From Octopus vulgaris (Eukaryota), in assembly GCA_951406725.2 (NCBI GenBank), contig OX597832.1, forward strand, positions 69,068,001 to 69,132,000: a stretch of DNA of 64,000 nucleotides, given 5' to 3'. The position numbers and the translations under genes are program-made. Below the pieces are notes generated by a model. The model was not told the DNA's origin. It saw only the letters and a program-made list of their open reading frames with translations, and searched no databases. Positions within the stretch are counted from its first letter, which is position 1. Each line of letters starts with the position of its first letter. Below, in pieces: positions 14,310-28,223 of this stretch.

Positions 14310-14760
14310 GACATGGGTGTGTGTTTAAAGAGTTTGCTTCCCAATCACTGGGTTTCAGGTTCTATCCCACTGCATAAAATCTTGGGTGAATGTCTTCTGC
14401 TATAGCCTCAGGCCAACCAAAGCCTTCTGACAGGATTTGGCAGACAGAAACTAAAAGAAGCCCAACACATGTATACATGTTTGTGTGCATATGTGTGTGT
14501 GTGTACATGTAAATGTATGTGTGTGTGCATGTGTGTTGAGATCACAGGATAGTTGTAAATGAGCATCACTGTCTAAAAGCGGTTCCCATTTCCAGTCTTC
14601 TGTGAAAAGCTATTTGTCCACAGGCAAATGTTACCTTGCTTTGAAAGAAGTGAGAGTTGGTGACAGGGAGGCCATTTAGCTGCTGTAAAGAATTCCTCTC
14701 AGTGAATTCTGTCTCAGCCATTGCAAGCAAGGAAATATGGATCCTAAAACAATGAGGATG
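14310..14760 (+). mobile_element. SINE family A head with an alternative body ending in a family-D-like tail
   Basis: Head gggtgtgtgtttaaagagtttgcttcccaatcactgggtttcaggttc, then an internal (TG)n, then gagagttggtgacagggaggccatttagctg. Similar copies lie at about 2670-2980 and 21390-21990. Confidence 0.65.
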
Positions 14761-14809
14761 ACAACTTCACTCTGGATCCTAAAACAATGAGGATGACAAC
14801 TTCACTCTG
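14738..14809. repeat. Perfect 35-bp tandem duplication
   Basis: tggatcctaaaacaatgaggatgacaacttcactc at 14738-14772 and again at 14773-14807. Confidence 0.95.
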
Positions 14810-15913
14810 CATCATAAAAACAATAACATGCAACATATTTGGTTGTGTCTGGGGAGGGTCATTCTCTTTTGGTGCCTTATGATTTAACACACACACTGGT
14901 AAAATTTCCACTCATTTACTTTAGTTTTCTAAAATTTCCATTACGTCTTACGAACTCACATAAAGAATCTTGCAAGCCAAATACAAAATGCAAAGTATTT
15001 ATAATCAACAATCAATAATACCCAATATTAATGGTTTTTGACCTGAGCAATGGTACATAATGGGGTGGAGAGGAAGGCGGCAAATGTCAAGAGGATATGC
15101 TCGGGGGGGGGGGGGGGGCTGTTGAGGTGTATCATGATATTTCTATGAAATAAAATACTTAAAATAGTTACAAAATTTTTAAATAGGTTTTCCAGAAAAA
15201 TCTTTCTTGGGATGAGAATATAACAATGTGTTAGAAATGAATGGAAACATGGCTGATGATGCTGCAAGGTCCAACATAATTTCATTATATAAGTCCTCAC
15301 CTTCGTTAGTAATCATTATTATAATTTTTGTGAAATCTGTCCGTCTGTGACATAACTTCCAGTTTTGTCTGCTATTTCCCCAACTCTCTCGCACCCTCTG
15401 CATGTCTATGCACACAGCAGATCTCTTTCAACACTATCATTAAAGACACGGAAGCAAAAATATGAATCTCTGTTCTCTCTGAGCCTCTCTCCCTCTCCTT
15501 CCCCTCCCCTCTCTCTTTCCCGCTTCTGTAAGTATAACAACACATGAATACACATACACACAGGAATATAACAAGAATATACACATACACACAGGAATAC
15601 GACAGCTGTATGGTCGGTCGTCTGCCAATGTATGTATGCATGTTGAAAAACACATTTCTCAATAGAATCATTTAAAATAGTTAATTTATTAAGATAAAAC
15701 AACCGAAAACAGAAAATTTCGTATTTTCAAAGATGAGCTTTTATAATTAAATCTTTTTAATGATTGTGTCGAGAAATTTGGGTTTATCAGTGTGTGTATG
15801 TGTGTGTGTGTGTATGAGAAAGAGAGAGAGAGAGAGTGTGTGTGTGTATTCATACATACTGTGAGCAGAGAATACTGCTGTCCTATTCACAAGAGTGTGT
15901 CTGTATGTATATA

Positions 15914-16300
15914 CTCTTTACTCTTTTACTTGTTTCAGTCATTTGACTGCGGCCATGCTGGAGCACCACCTTTAGTCGAGCAAATCGACCCCGGGACTTA
16001 TTCTTTGTAAGTCCAGTACTTATTCTATCGGTCCCTTTTTGCCGAACCGCTAAGTGACAGGGACGTAAACACACCAGCATCGTTTGTCAAGCAATGCTAG
16101 GGGGACAAACACAGACACACATATACATATATATATACGACAGGCTTCTTTCAGGTTCCGTCCACCAAATCCACTCACAAGGCATTAATCGGCCCGGGGC
16201 TATAGCAGAAGACACTTGCCCAAGATGCCACGCAGTGGGACTGAACCCGGAACCATGTGGTTGGTTAGCAAGCTACTTACCACACAGCCACTCCTGCGCC
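15914..16300 (-). mobile_element. Full-length, young tRNA-derived SINE (family A) with target-site duplication
   Basis: Minus-strand head ggcgcaggagTGGCTGTGTGG (A box) and GGTTCAGTCCC (B box), retained CpGs, and a short repeated taaa(a)gag tail. The flanking direct repeat tatgtatata (15904-15913, 16301-16310) is low complexity. Confidence 0.9.
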
Positions 16301-16433
16301 TATGTATATATGCATCATTATATAGGGGGAGAGAGAGAAAGAGAGAGAGAAGAGAGGCAGAATGAATGGAGATTTATACATTTTTTCAGTGTTGTAGAAA
16401 GCTGCTTTGTTTAAAAGATCTTTCTCTCTCTCC

Positions 16434-16473
<40 letters not shown>

Positions 16474-16871
16474 TTGTCTGTCTGTTTATCTATCAGTCTA
16501 TCTGTCTATATATCTATCTATCTATCCATCTATTTATTTATCTATCTGTCTATCTGTCTATCTATCTATCTGTCTGTCTGTCTGTCACTCAAGCCCTCCT
16601 CTCACACACAAGTGACCTAGACAACTCCAAAAACGTTGTTGACCTCACTTTTTTCCATTCAATCATTTCAGAAATATACTCAAATGATTATTTTCTTTTA
16701 GCCATTATTATATTCCTTGACTGTTTCAGGAACCAAATTTAGTCTTTAAAGATGGCAATGGTCTCTTGCAAAGTAGAGGTTAAAAACTTATATGCATTTT
16801 GATTTATTAAATTTTTCTTTTATTTCATTATTGTTTTTACTTTCTTTTAATTTCTTTCTTACCTATATATA

Positions 16872-17230
16872 AGTGCAAGCATGGCTGTGCGGTAAGAAGC
16901 ATGCATCCTAATGACATGATTCCTGGTTCATTCTCATTGCATGGCACCTTAGGTAAGTGTCTTTTGTTATAGTTTTGAGGTGACTAAAGCCTTGTGAGTA
17001 GGTTTGGTAGATGGAAACTGAAGAAGCCCATTGTATATGTGTGTGCGTGTGTGTGTTTATCTGTCACCACTGCTTGTGAGTGTAACTTAGCAGTTCAGTG
17101 AAAGAGACTGATGGAATATGTACCAGGCTCAAAAAGTAAGTCCTGGGGTTAATTTATTCAGCTAAAAATTCTTCAAGGCAGTGCTGCTCCTGCATGGCCT
17201 CTGTCAAGTGACATTTAAAAGATAAAAGAT
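16872..17230 (+). mobile_element. SINE family A, full-length diverged copy, inverted relative to 15914-16300
   Basis: atggctgtgcggtaagaag...ggcaccttaggtaagtgtc...ttggtagatggaaactgaagaagcc...aaaagataaaagat. Confidence 0.8.
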
Positions 17231-18747
17231 ACCTGTATTTCAACGAAGCAAAGCATTAATTATTCTAAGAACAATGTACCATATTCCAGTTTCAAAAAGA
17301 ATTTAACAAAAGCTTGCAACCCACTACGAAAGTTTAAAGCAAAGCATTTATTGTATGAGATATCAATGGAAAATAAGCGAAACTAGCATCATGCTTGTAT
17401 GGGTTTAAAGGGGGTACATAGGGGAATAGTATTTTATGGTCTGATGCCAACTCTTTCCTGTTTCTAAGTGAAGGAATAATTTCCCCAAACCATAAAATGA
17501 CCAGACATGTTTATGCAGAGAACTGGAAACAAATGACATCATATAGATGATCCTTTTGTTTATGGAAATATCATGACATGACAAGAAGCCTGGACATGTT
17601 TCCGCAAATGTTTCAAGCAGCAAACAGCAATAAAGACAAGGAATGCGCACACACACACACACTTGCTGACATGCGACAGACTTGTTTCTGTTTCTGTCTA
17701 CCAAATCCACTCAAAGTACTTTGGTCAGCTCAGAGATATAGTCGAAAATACTTGCCTAAGGTGCCATGCAGTGGGACTGAACTGGAAACCACATGGCTGA
17801 GAAGTAAAGTTCTTGACCATTCCTGCACTTATCACTACACCAAAAGAAATTCCTGCACAAAATTCTGTTCGATTTGAATAACTTGCTTTGTTTTGAGCAA
17901 AATATTATAAGGTGGAAGAAGGGTATTTGTAAAGCAGGAAAAGTGGAGATGGTGGGGGATTATGTTAGAAAACAGGAGGGGGGTGCCACTGCTCTATAAG
18001 CTATATTTTTCCACCAAAGCTACCAATGAAAGAATTACATGTTGGAATAATAACAAAGAAATACCCAGGACTTTCGAAATATCACTAGACATTTGTTCTA
18101 AAGCTCTACCAATTCAGTTTAATTCAACCAGCACTGTGTTGATGTCAACAACTTTTGAGTTTTGATGCAAATTAAAAAGTTCTGGTGTGGGTAATATGCA
18201 ACAATAACAAATTTTAACGATATTTCTACTGGAATCATGACAATGTAATTGAATTGCATTATAAATCTAGCAGATTAATTAGATCAAGCCACTATTAGTT
18301 GTCAATTAATTGAAATTATGAATTCAAATTAAACTTATTACACTAGTTAACTATTCCCTACTCTTGCAGCAAACATTTACAATATAAACTTCACATCTGA
18401 ATTTTAATCTTGCCAAAATTTGTTTTACTGAAAGATTGCTCGCCTGGACACTTTCAGCTCTGCAGTGGTTTCTGTTTGCTTTTTATGATCTCATTTCAAA
18501 TTAAAGTCAAGCCATTCCTGCATTCTATACTTTCCATGGAATGAAATGATTTATATGTATATACATACACATACATTGGTCTGGCTGGTCCATGTACAGT
18601 CCACTGCATGACCAGGGCCTCAGCATGCTCTCACCACCAAAGAATGGCTTGAGATCATAATTCTTGTGGATATCAAATTTAGTCTCATAAGGAAAATTTG
18701 GTACCCAAGATTTGGGGAAAATTCAGGTGAGTGAAACAGGTGTGCAA

Positions 18748-18963
18748 TTAAGCCTTTTGTTCCCATATTTCTGTGGAAATATGCTACCTCTTTGTTTCAA
18801 TTAATTTTGAAAACAACATAGAAAATTTACTAAAATAACTCATTATTAATCTGGTGTAACTAAAAATGAAATTTTGATGGAATGTTTTAGATCACTTTAA
18901 AACTGGAATTTTGTATCATAAAACCAAGGGTGGTCTCGGGTGGATTGGCATGAGAAGGATTAA
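18748..18963. mobile_element. piggyBac-type MITE, decayed
   Basis: TTAA at both ends (18748-18751 and 18960-18963) with degenerate (c)cctt... termini. Related copies lie at about 44765-45175 (SINE-interrupted) and 61677-61844. The left end resembles the reverse complement of 36050-36123. Confidence 0.55.
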
Positions 18964-20409
18964 ATGGGTTTGAAACCAAGTTTTTGGAGATTTTTAGACT
19001 TCCATTTAGAGATTCAGTTGTTATTTCTAGCAAATTGAGCAAAAATACAGAGAAGCTTTCCTTCATTCTTCTATAGACTTTCCTTCATTCTCCTGTAGAC
19101 TTCTGACCATATTTTGAGAACGATGGATGTAGTAACAGACTGGAGGAACCAACACAGGAAGAAAATTGTGTCTCATCTTTGCAAGGAGAGATTCTTCTCT
19201 CATCAATTTAGTCTTACAGGAATTAAAATTAACAAAGTTTTTATGAGAATGAGATTATCTTACTGAAAAATACCATCTCCACTTATAACTGGTTTAAATC
19301 AGTCACATGAGTAAATAAGGGGAGGGGGTTAAACTCCACTATCAACATCAACATAATTATAAGGCTATGAGGAGTAACACATGGTCACATGACTGGATAG
19401 AAATAGCAACCAAATACCCTTAATTGTACTCCCATGTTAAAGAAAAAGCATGCACAAAGTACATATAGCTGTATGTAGGACAACATAGGAGACGGGATGG
19501 TCATGGCTGGATTACATTGGTTCATAGATCTGCTTAGTCAGGTATTGTCTGTGTCTATACAACAGCAATAACAATAAAATAGTTGTGGCGCTACACTACA
19601 GAAAGTCTCAAAGAGCCTGGGAATGAAATCACACAAAACTTGCTTTGTTTTCAATAGAAATCTATGATTGTGCAAAACGAGGCTCACTGACGTCAACACC
19701 AACACCATCGTCAACATCAACATCATGCTATTTCAATCACTGTTGCCACAAGAATTTAACATTATCATCAGCCTCACCATCTCTGTCATCATCAGAATCA
19801 CTGCCACAAACACAAGTATCACCAATATCATCGTCATTGCAGTCATTGCTGTCATCATCATTATCATCTTTGTTGCCAACATTGTCATCACTATCATCAT
19901 CATCATCATCTTGTCACCATGTTTGTCATCATCACAACCAGGAAGGCTGACCTGGGATATAAAACTGATCTCATAGCATGCAAGGTGCTGCCTCACAGCC
20001 TCCATTGCTCCTCAAGTGAAATTCTTTCTTTCTTTTTGATATTTTCCCCCAACCCTTTCTGCTGCTAAATATTTCTCCTGATGGTTTTTCCTGTCAGTTA
20101 CTATTTTTGTTCCAGTTTTCAACAAAAAGTTGAAAGAGAAAAGGTCAAACATTATTACGCATCCACAAGAATTCCATAAGACGGCCACTAAAACAGACAT
20201 TCCTAAACTGTCCAGAACAATGACCATGCTGGGGCATCACATCAAAGGGTTTAGTTAAACAAATTGACCCCAGTACGTTTATAAAATATGGTCTATCAGT
20301 CTCTTTTGCTGAACTGCTAAGTTACGGGGCGATAAATAACCTGTTGTCAAATGAGAGGAGGGTGGGGAAAACAAATGCAAAAACACAGACTCACACACAA
20401 ATCCAAGAA

Positions 20410-20650
20410 CACCCTGATTATCAAGGACACAATCCCTCATCTAACTGTTGCCCTCCAATACACAGGCAAATGCACAGAGCAGCTCCATTTACCCCAAACC
20501 CTTCGGCCACAATAACCCATCTTTTGAGAAACTCTTCAAGTGGGGAGAGTAACTCTCACTCCATCCTAACAATATCTGCTCTGAATTAACTGGTTTTCCT
20601 CAAATTGTTACAAAACCTCAACACCATATTAAGACATTGCAATTTATTTA
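20410..20650 (-). mobile_element. L1/Tx1-like LINE 3' end fragment
   Basis: Minus-strand FRADIVRME*ELLSPLEEFLKRWVIVAEGFGVNGAALCICL resembles Tx1-type ORF2 C-termini (R.E...LS...F..RW) as recalled. Confidence 0.4.
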
Positions 20651-22750
20651 ACAAGTTTCTGCAAATCTTGCAATAATAAGAACTAATATTCTCGCAGTTT
20701 TCTTTCATTTCAATTTCATTTTTCGTTTGTTTTTTTTAAATATTGCTTTTAGGTTATTTGGCATTATTTGTTGATTTTTTTTATAAATTCATTTGTTTTG
20801 TTGTTAAGTGTGTGTTTGGTAAAGGTGTGTGTGGGTTGGTTGATCTTTATTAAAATGATGTATTGTTTCTTAATTAATTTTTAGATGAGTTATATATTTC
20901 AAAATTAAACTTCAAGTTTCATTAATGAAATTATTTTCAATATGAAATCAAACTGTTTGATGGCCTTCCGAACATATATTTAGAATTTTTACCCACTACA
21001 ATGAACAAAATTATTACAAAAATAATAGAAGTAAATAAAGAAATATTATGAATTTGTTGCTTATGGACACAGACGTGACTATGTAGTTAAGAAATTGGCT
21101 TCAAAATTACATGGTTTCCAGTTCAAATTTCATGCACAGCTGCTTAGGTCATTTGTCTCCCAGTATAGTTTTAATTTGCCAAAAGTTGTGAGGGAGATGT
21201 GGTCTAAGGAAAAGAAAAATGAAATCAATGAAATACAACAGAAATTTTCTGAGTTGAAAATTGTATGAAACCTAAGCAACTTTGAAATGTGAAATCACTT
21301 TACATTGTGTGTGGACCGCACAGATGTTGATGCTAAGGCTTTTAGGTGACCATAAATGGTTGAGAATGCATTCAAGGCACAGGCATGGCAGGCACATGGG
21401 TGGCTGTGTGGTTTGGAAGCTGGCTTTCTTACTAAATGGTTTTAGGTCCAATCCCACTGTGTGACATCTTCAGCAAGTCTTCTACTGTAAGCCCTAGGCA
21501 CACCAAAATCAAACATGACTAATATGTTTGTGAGTTGAGGTGGTGGTGGGGGGGTGCATGCATGTGTGCATGTGTGTGTGCATATATGTATGTTTCTCTC
21601 TGTCTCTCTTTCCCTCTCTCTCTCTTTCTCTCTGTCTCTCTCTATATATATACATACACACACACACACAGACATATGCGTTAGTGTGTTTACGTGTGTG
21701 AATGATTTCATATACCACTTATGGTTTGCCCACCAGTTATAAATAATGGGTTTGCTGATGTTTGCGTATAAGACTTCTTGACATGTCTTGACAAGTTGCT
21801 GCATTTTTGTAAACAAAAGGCTCGTTCATATGGTGTCATTTGTTTCTAGTTCTCAGCACAAACATGTCCAAGCTGTTTCTCATTAGATAGACTGGAGGAT
21901 TATTTCCTCACCACAAACTAAGAGTGAAGTTTGGTGACAGGAAAGGCATAAGGCTGTAGAAGACTTGGTCTCATTTTACACTTATCTGGCCCTTGTAGGC
22001 ATGAAAAAGAAGATGATAAAGCGACAATGATGATGACAGCAGAATACACAAAGTGGAACAAGAAATCAAATGATAATATGATATAATGTCATAGTAATCA
22101 AATGAGAGTATAATACTTGATGTTACATAGTATGTTTCAAATCTTAGTTGGACTGTGTAAAGAGGTAGCATCAGCCCTTTAAAATTCCACAGCTGTGCTT
22201 ACAGGGGTTTGAATAAGGCTAGTTGACAACAATGGCATTGAGCAAAGGATTCTAGAGATGATGGCAGTATTAAATCACATAAAGCATTATCTCAAACTAC
22301 CTCAAGAACAAGAAAAATAATCCAATCTACAAGTCTTAGAATTACCATTCTTTGAGGTATTTTTGCACATAACAAGATGAATAGTTGACCATAAAACAAA
22401 TCTTATAGATACCTTTACATAGTCACTTAAAATGCTAGAAATAGCAGCTAAAACTCTCTGATATGATACTTTACCATTTTGAAGATATCAATAACATTAT
22501 ATAATATAATTCTAGAAAAATCCCCAAAATGTAAAAAAAAAAAGTGATTTGGCCACAGTTGCAACAATTTTGAACATAAGTTTACTCCAAGTTACCCTGG
22601 ATCCAATCAAAGGCAATTACCCCTTGTCTAAAAAATTTCTTGCTCATTAGTGTGATTGCTGGTTTCAAAATCACTTCCAGGGTCACTCTCTTTGGATTTG
22701 GTTCTAGAGCAGCAGTGATTTGGACAAAGCTACCTTTGAAATGATACATT

Positions 22751-23098
22751 TCTAAATCTCTCAGAGAGATTTATGCAGTAGCAGCATGATAAAATAATGG
22801 TATGTTGTCAAGAGTATGTATTATTTCCATTTTCAAAAATCAGTGAATGTATTTCACTTGAAATATGTTTTCAAAGGTAAATAAGCATCGACAGCTAGCA
22901 AGCCATGCTACTCCAGCTGATGATGAGCAATGACTCTGAAACTAGTCTCTGAATGATGGCTTTGCTGGGTGGAGGTGCTTATCTCCCCCTTTGAAAACAT
23001 AAGGACACAGAAACTGTGTCGAGTCCAACAGGAAACAGTGTTTCTTAGGGCTAAATAGCAGTAGCATTCTTCCCTTTCATGGTACTGTCACATTAAGT
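22751..23098 (+). mobile_element. Short Penelope-pLTR-like element with a decayed hammerhead motif and an inverted terminal block
   Basis: CTGATGA...GAAACTAGTC at 22917-22947. Block 22751-22810 matches 43536-43597 directly, while 22981-23098 matches 43597-43715 in reverse. Confidence 0.65.
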
Positions 23099-23119
23099 TT
23101 ATCACTTTAATGCTATCTT

Positions 23120-23300
23120 TCTTTGCATTTCTTGCACCCAGGACCTCAGATAAAAACTTGTCAAAATCTGTTTTGAACACATCCACATCTATGCCTTGTA
23201 AATCTCTGGAGATTTTTGGCAAGGTATTAAACTGTAAGCACTTTCTATATAGAGCCCTTGCTGTAGATGGGACAAGTGGGAAGATTTCTGTTTTGATATG
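23120..23300 (-). mobile_element. CR1-clade LINE 3' fragment
   Basis: Minus-strand FNTLPKISRDLQGIDVDVFKTDFDKFLSEV, parallel to the fragment at 32330-32650. Confidence 0.65.
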
Positions 23301-24814
23301 TAAGGATGGGCACAGTTCTTATTATGGGTTTTATATATTATGCAATTAAAGTTACATTATTCGATGATGTATGTGTGTGTGTGTGGTGGGGTATTCATTT
23401 ATGTATATCAATTTGATTCAAAGAGACCCTGTATTAACAAAAAATATGTTGTTTAGAATTAAAAAGAAAAATGTTTTCTCAGTTTCAGCAATTGTGTATC
23501 TGAACTCATTGTCTGCAACATAACTTATGGTGAGTTAATTCACACGATACAACAATGGAAATGATTAAAAACTAAAAATTAAAATTAAAATACTTTTTTG
23601 TTAGTAAACGTAATGTTAATTATACCTATTGTGCATTATTACAATCATCATGGCAACAATTATTTTTCTTCAGATTCTAAATATTGCTTTCTACAAACCT
23701 CAAGGTTTTGAAATTTCTGTTATACTTTGTTCTGGCGGCAGCTTATCTTTTCTTTTCATTTTTTTTTGTTTTATGTTTGTTGCATACTATCATTCTCATT
23801 TTGAAAATAAAATAATTGACAAAAACCAAAGGTGCTAAAACCATGTGAGACACAAACTTTTCTAAATATAATCTATTTTTGCTATCCTAAATCGAAACTC
23901 CTTTGTCAACAAATAATCTAGATTTAATTACACACACACACACACAAAATATTAAATAAATGACAAAAATAAAGAGGAAATTATGCTATAAAATCCATTA
24001 GCTTATGGCTGTTTCTGCTGTGAGATGCAATGCAATCAGTGGTGAGTGTTTGTGTTTCACCTTACAGCTCTCTCAGACACTTAAAATGACGTGCAAGTTT
24101 ATTTGGGAAAGCATTTACACATGTATGCATCTGTATATATACTGTATGTAAATAGTGAGATAACACATACACACACGCATACACGCATGCATACACACAC
24201 ACACACATAAATGTGAGTGGATAAATGAAAAAGAATCACTCATTGTCATAATTTAAAAGAGGCTCATTTCGCCCACCCCATGCAATTTAGAGTTTTGTCA
24301 ACTCATCACAGGAACCTTGCTCATCATCCACATTTCCATGCTTCCATCTTTTCCACAGCTGCCTGTTGTCAACCTTTACCTGTAACCAAGCATGGTCAAA
24401 GAGAAGGTGGAAAATGGATGACATTCATTTACAATCATCTAGACATGCAGACTCAATTATACATGCACAAACATATATGTATAATATATATATATGCATG
24501 TGTATGTATGTGTGTCAGTGTGTGTGCGTGTGTATACACAGATATAACATCCATATTTGTATACTATTTTATTTTAAAATTTAATTAATCATGTAAAACT
24601 GTGTTTAAAAAATATATTAATAAAATATTTCCTGCACATTTCAAGAATGCATTTCTGTATTACTTTCTAATTTTATTTTTAACCTTCTTTGTCATAATAA
24701 TTGTGATTTTCCTTTTTATCTTCTTTATAATTTAAAAATGTTTTCATTCTACAACAGTAACATCTAATAATGTTAACATGCAAATATGAAGCAAGTAAGA
24801 GCAAATAATAAACA

Positions 24815-25054
24815 AGCGTGTGCACACACATGCACACACACACACACACAAATATATATATGTACATATATAAATATACATATATATATATATGTATGTA
24901 TATACACATATATACACACATATATATATACATACATATATATATATATACATATATACACACACATATATATATATACATATATGCACATATATATATA
25001 CATATATATATGCAGATATAAATATACACATATATATATATATATGTGTTTGTG

Positions 25055-25104
<50 letters not shown>

Positions 25105-25155
25105 TGTATGTATGTATGTATGCATGCATGTATGCAGTGTGTGTTTGTATATATT
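24815..25155. repeat. Compound (CA/TA/TATG)n microsatellite
   Basis: Directly visible. Similar compound tracts occur at about 1450-1700, 16430-16585 (TATC/TGTC), 34935-35144, 40115-40352, 41190-41268, 47220-47470, 56550-56855, 60320-60510 and 63086-63170. Confidence 0.97.
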
Positions 25156-26572
25156 GAGAGAGACAAATGAAAAAAAAATGAGAAGGACAGCCTATTTTTA
25201 TCTAAATATATCATTTCAGAAATTTATGAAAATAGTAATATAAAATAGAATATACTGAAGCTTTGTATGAATATCAATTTTTGCAAATAATATTCTGGTG
25301 TCTGTGAATAAGGAAATTTTCAATGATAAATTAAATATTTCACCAGCAAAATATATTAGAAAGATTAGATGATTATCAAAGTAGCTTTTACATAATCAAA
25401 GCACTGCAGCCACTACAAGACTCATCAGCTCAACACTATTTTGAGGATTTTCACAACACAAGTTTCAGTCCTTGCTGCTGCTGCTGCTGCTGCTGCTGCA
25501 TGGTGTCTAGTGTGCTTTGATGAAGTTGAGAGATAAGTTAGTGGAGTGCAAGCTCCTTGTAGGATCACCCATGCTGCCAGACAGGTCAGAGGTTAGACTA
25601 ATTTGGACCACTGCTTCCCAGATGTAAAAATGGGTCTGTGTGGGGTCAAGAACCATACTTAGAAAGAAAAAAGGCGAAGTCACAGAAGTATTGATGGGAA
25701 TTCAAAACCAACACGATGTGAGAGAGGCAGGCTTTCTTCAGGAACTGAGAAATACTGAAGCAAGTGATGCAGTGTGTGAGTGTATGCATGCATGTGCACA
25801 TGCATGTGTGTGTGCGTGTTATATTAGAAGCAGTTATTTTAACCATATCAGCCAAGCAAAACTTACCCTAAAATTGCCAAGGAAGTGATGAAATTATCCA
25901 GTCAGTAAAGAATTTGTATTGTATTACGTTTGGCATAAATCTGGGGTTTTTTTTTCATTTCCCACTTTTCTAGTCTATTCAAGTGGCTGCTGATGGAGCT
26001 TCCCCTCCAGCTGTTGCATCATAGATGTGTGAATGGGACAGTCGAGAGAGTGTTGATGTTCACTCACAATTACCACTGGCACGTAAAACAATTAGCTAAA
26101 ACATGGTATGTGCTGTCAAGCCATACTCAATATTCTCACACTAGTCTTGAAGACTTTGGAAACAGTCATGAACAACAGGTTCTCTTTCAAATCATTTAAG
26201 AAATTGAGTAACTGCCACACAAAATTCAGTCACAATCACAAATATCATTGCCAGGACATCTTATAATTAGCAAACTTTCATACAGTAATTAGTTAATGCA
26301 TTTATTCATTAGTTTACCTCATTAACTCCTAACTTTTGTGATGTTTATGCCATTCCACAAAAACCAGATTTTCATTATTGAGATAAAAAGATGTGAAATC
26401 TGAAAAATTAAGGAAACTGAAAAATAAAATAAAAAACAGAAAAGTGCAAACAAAATTGGCATTCCAAGCTGTGTCAGTGGTAGTAAGGAACCAGGTCACT
26501 TAGCTGAGAATACTCAATGGATTGAGCAATTAATACTTAATTGATTAACAAATTGATTGATTAGCAACTTAC

Positions 26573-26701
26573 ATTATTCAAAGATTCCATATCATCATCT
26601 CTTTTCTTCATCAAATTCAGTGTTCGTTCCCATCTTTCTATCAACTCATGCCTTTCTAAATGGCTTCGCCGAAATTCCTCAGCGGTTTTATCCAAAGCAA
26701 T
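26573..26701 (-). CDS. CCDC39: CCDC39 (axonemal ruler coiled-coil protein) internal coding exon, equivalent to human exon 6
   Basis: Acceptor tttatacag|ATT and donor AAT|gtaagt bound 129 nt, phase 0/0. It encodes IALDKTAEEFRRSHLERHELIERWERTLNLMKKRDDDMESLNN, which matches human CCDC39 [43 protein letters not shown] as recalled. Confidence 0.93.
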
Positions 26702-26829
26702 CTGTATAAATATATGACAATATGAGAGACAATGATAAAACATGATACTATAACACATTTCTATTTCATTCATAATTGCAAGACTGTATCAAAACACTTC
26801 TTTTAAAAATGTAAACAATAGTGTATCCA

Positions 26830-26897
<68 letters not shown>

Positions 26898-28223
26898 TAT
26901 GTAAACAGGATCAGGGATTCAAAGAATATAACAGAGCTCACATTAAGCTCTCTGGCTGGAGTCTGGCTAACAAGAAAGACTGTAGTTAAGGTTAGGATAA
27001 AACCTTAGCATCATCATTCTGAAAATCCAGGAATTGCAATGGTTGAGGGTCATGTATAGAAACTGATCAGCCTTAACCAAAGGAAATAAACATCTATTCT
27101 CTCACATCACTTCTTTAATTGGTTTGATTTATATGTGTAAGGAAAAATACTGAGACCATTATCTGCCATTTCATTGTTAAAATGAATATTCTCCATATAA
27201 AATTATTTGGGTTATTCTTCTGTAGAATATTAAATTGCTTTTATACAGAACTAGATTTAAAACTGAATGTTGTGTGTTTGTATGCTAGCATACAAACACT
27301 TATAAACACACACACAAACTGACTGTGAATCAAATAGCCAATGTGTGTGTATCTGTGTTGGTTTGTTTACTTTCCTATGAATTAGTGATTTGGCAAAAGG
27401 CGACCAACTGAATCAAAACCAGATTTGAAACTACGTTCTGGGGCAGATTCGATCAACTGAGCCCCTTATGGTATTGCACCAGTATGGCCATGGTCCAATG
27501 GCTGCTGCAATTTACATTGTCATCAGCCGTACTACCACCAAACACCATCAACAACCACCTCAACCACAATCACCACTGCCATCACCCCATCATCATTATA
27601 ATTATTTTCATTGCCATCTTGAACAGCACCAAATCACCCCTTCATCATCACCATCATCACCAACAACACCACCAACATCCTATCATTACCGTTGACACAC
27701 CCTTACCGACACCACCACCACCAGCCTGAATCATCAACATCACTAACACCCACACACCCATTGCATTAACATGCCCCCACCACCACCATCACCGTTACAT
27801 GCACTACTAGCATGCCCTTCCTATGATGACCATCACTACCACCACAATCATCATCATCACCATCAATGTCCTTATTGCTATCATCAATACCACCACCACC
27901 ACCATCAGCCTCTCACCATCGTCATTACCACCACTACTGCTGCTGTTATCAAAGTCATTATCATGCATTTTTGATTTAATAAATGCAGATGAAATGTTTT
28001 CACATTTTTGATTACTGTATTTTTACCAATTTTATCATTTTTATATTTTTTTAACCTCGCTAAAGATATAATTGCCTGGAAATTAATATTGGAAATATTT
28101 CTATAAATATTTGACATTTTAAGAAAGTAGATAAGGAATTATCATTGGAGCAAAATCTTTGTTTCAAGTTCATCAAATCTATTTCTAAACCAAAAAGAAT
28201 TTACAAAAAAACAAAACAAAAAA

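Noticed and set aside
16225-16300. tRNA gene
   Set aside because: A and B boxes are present, but the sequence continues into a SINE body with tail and TSD, and no convincing cloverleaf forms.
27468-27975. His/Pro/Thr-rich ORFs (also 13390-13600 and 19645-20005)
   Set aside because: They are degenerate (CAC/CAT)n low-complexity tracts open in several frames.
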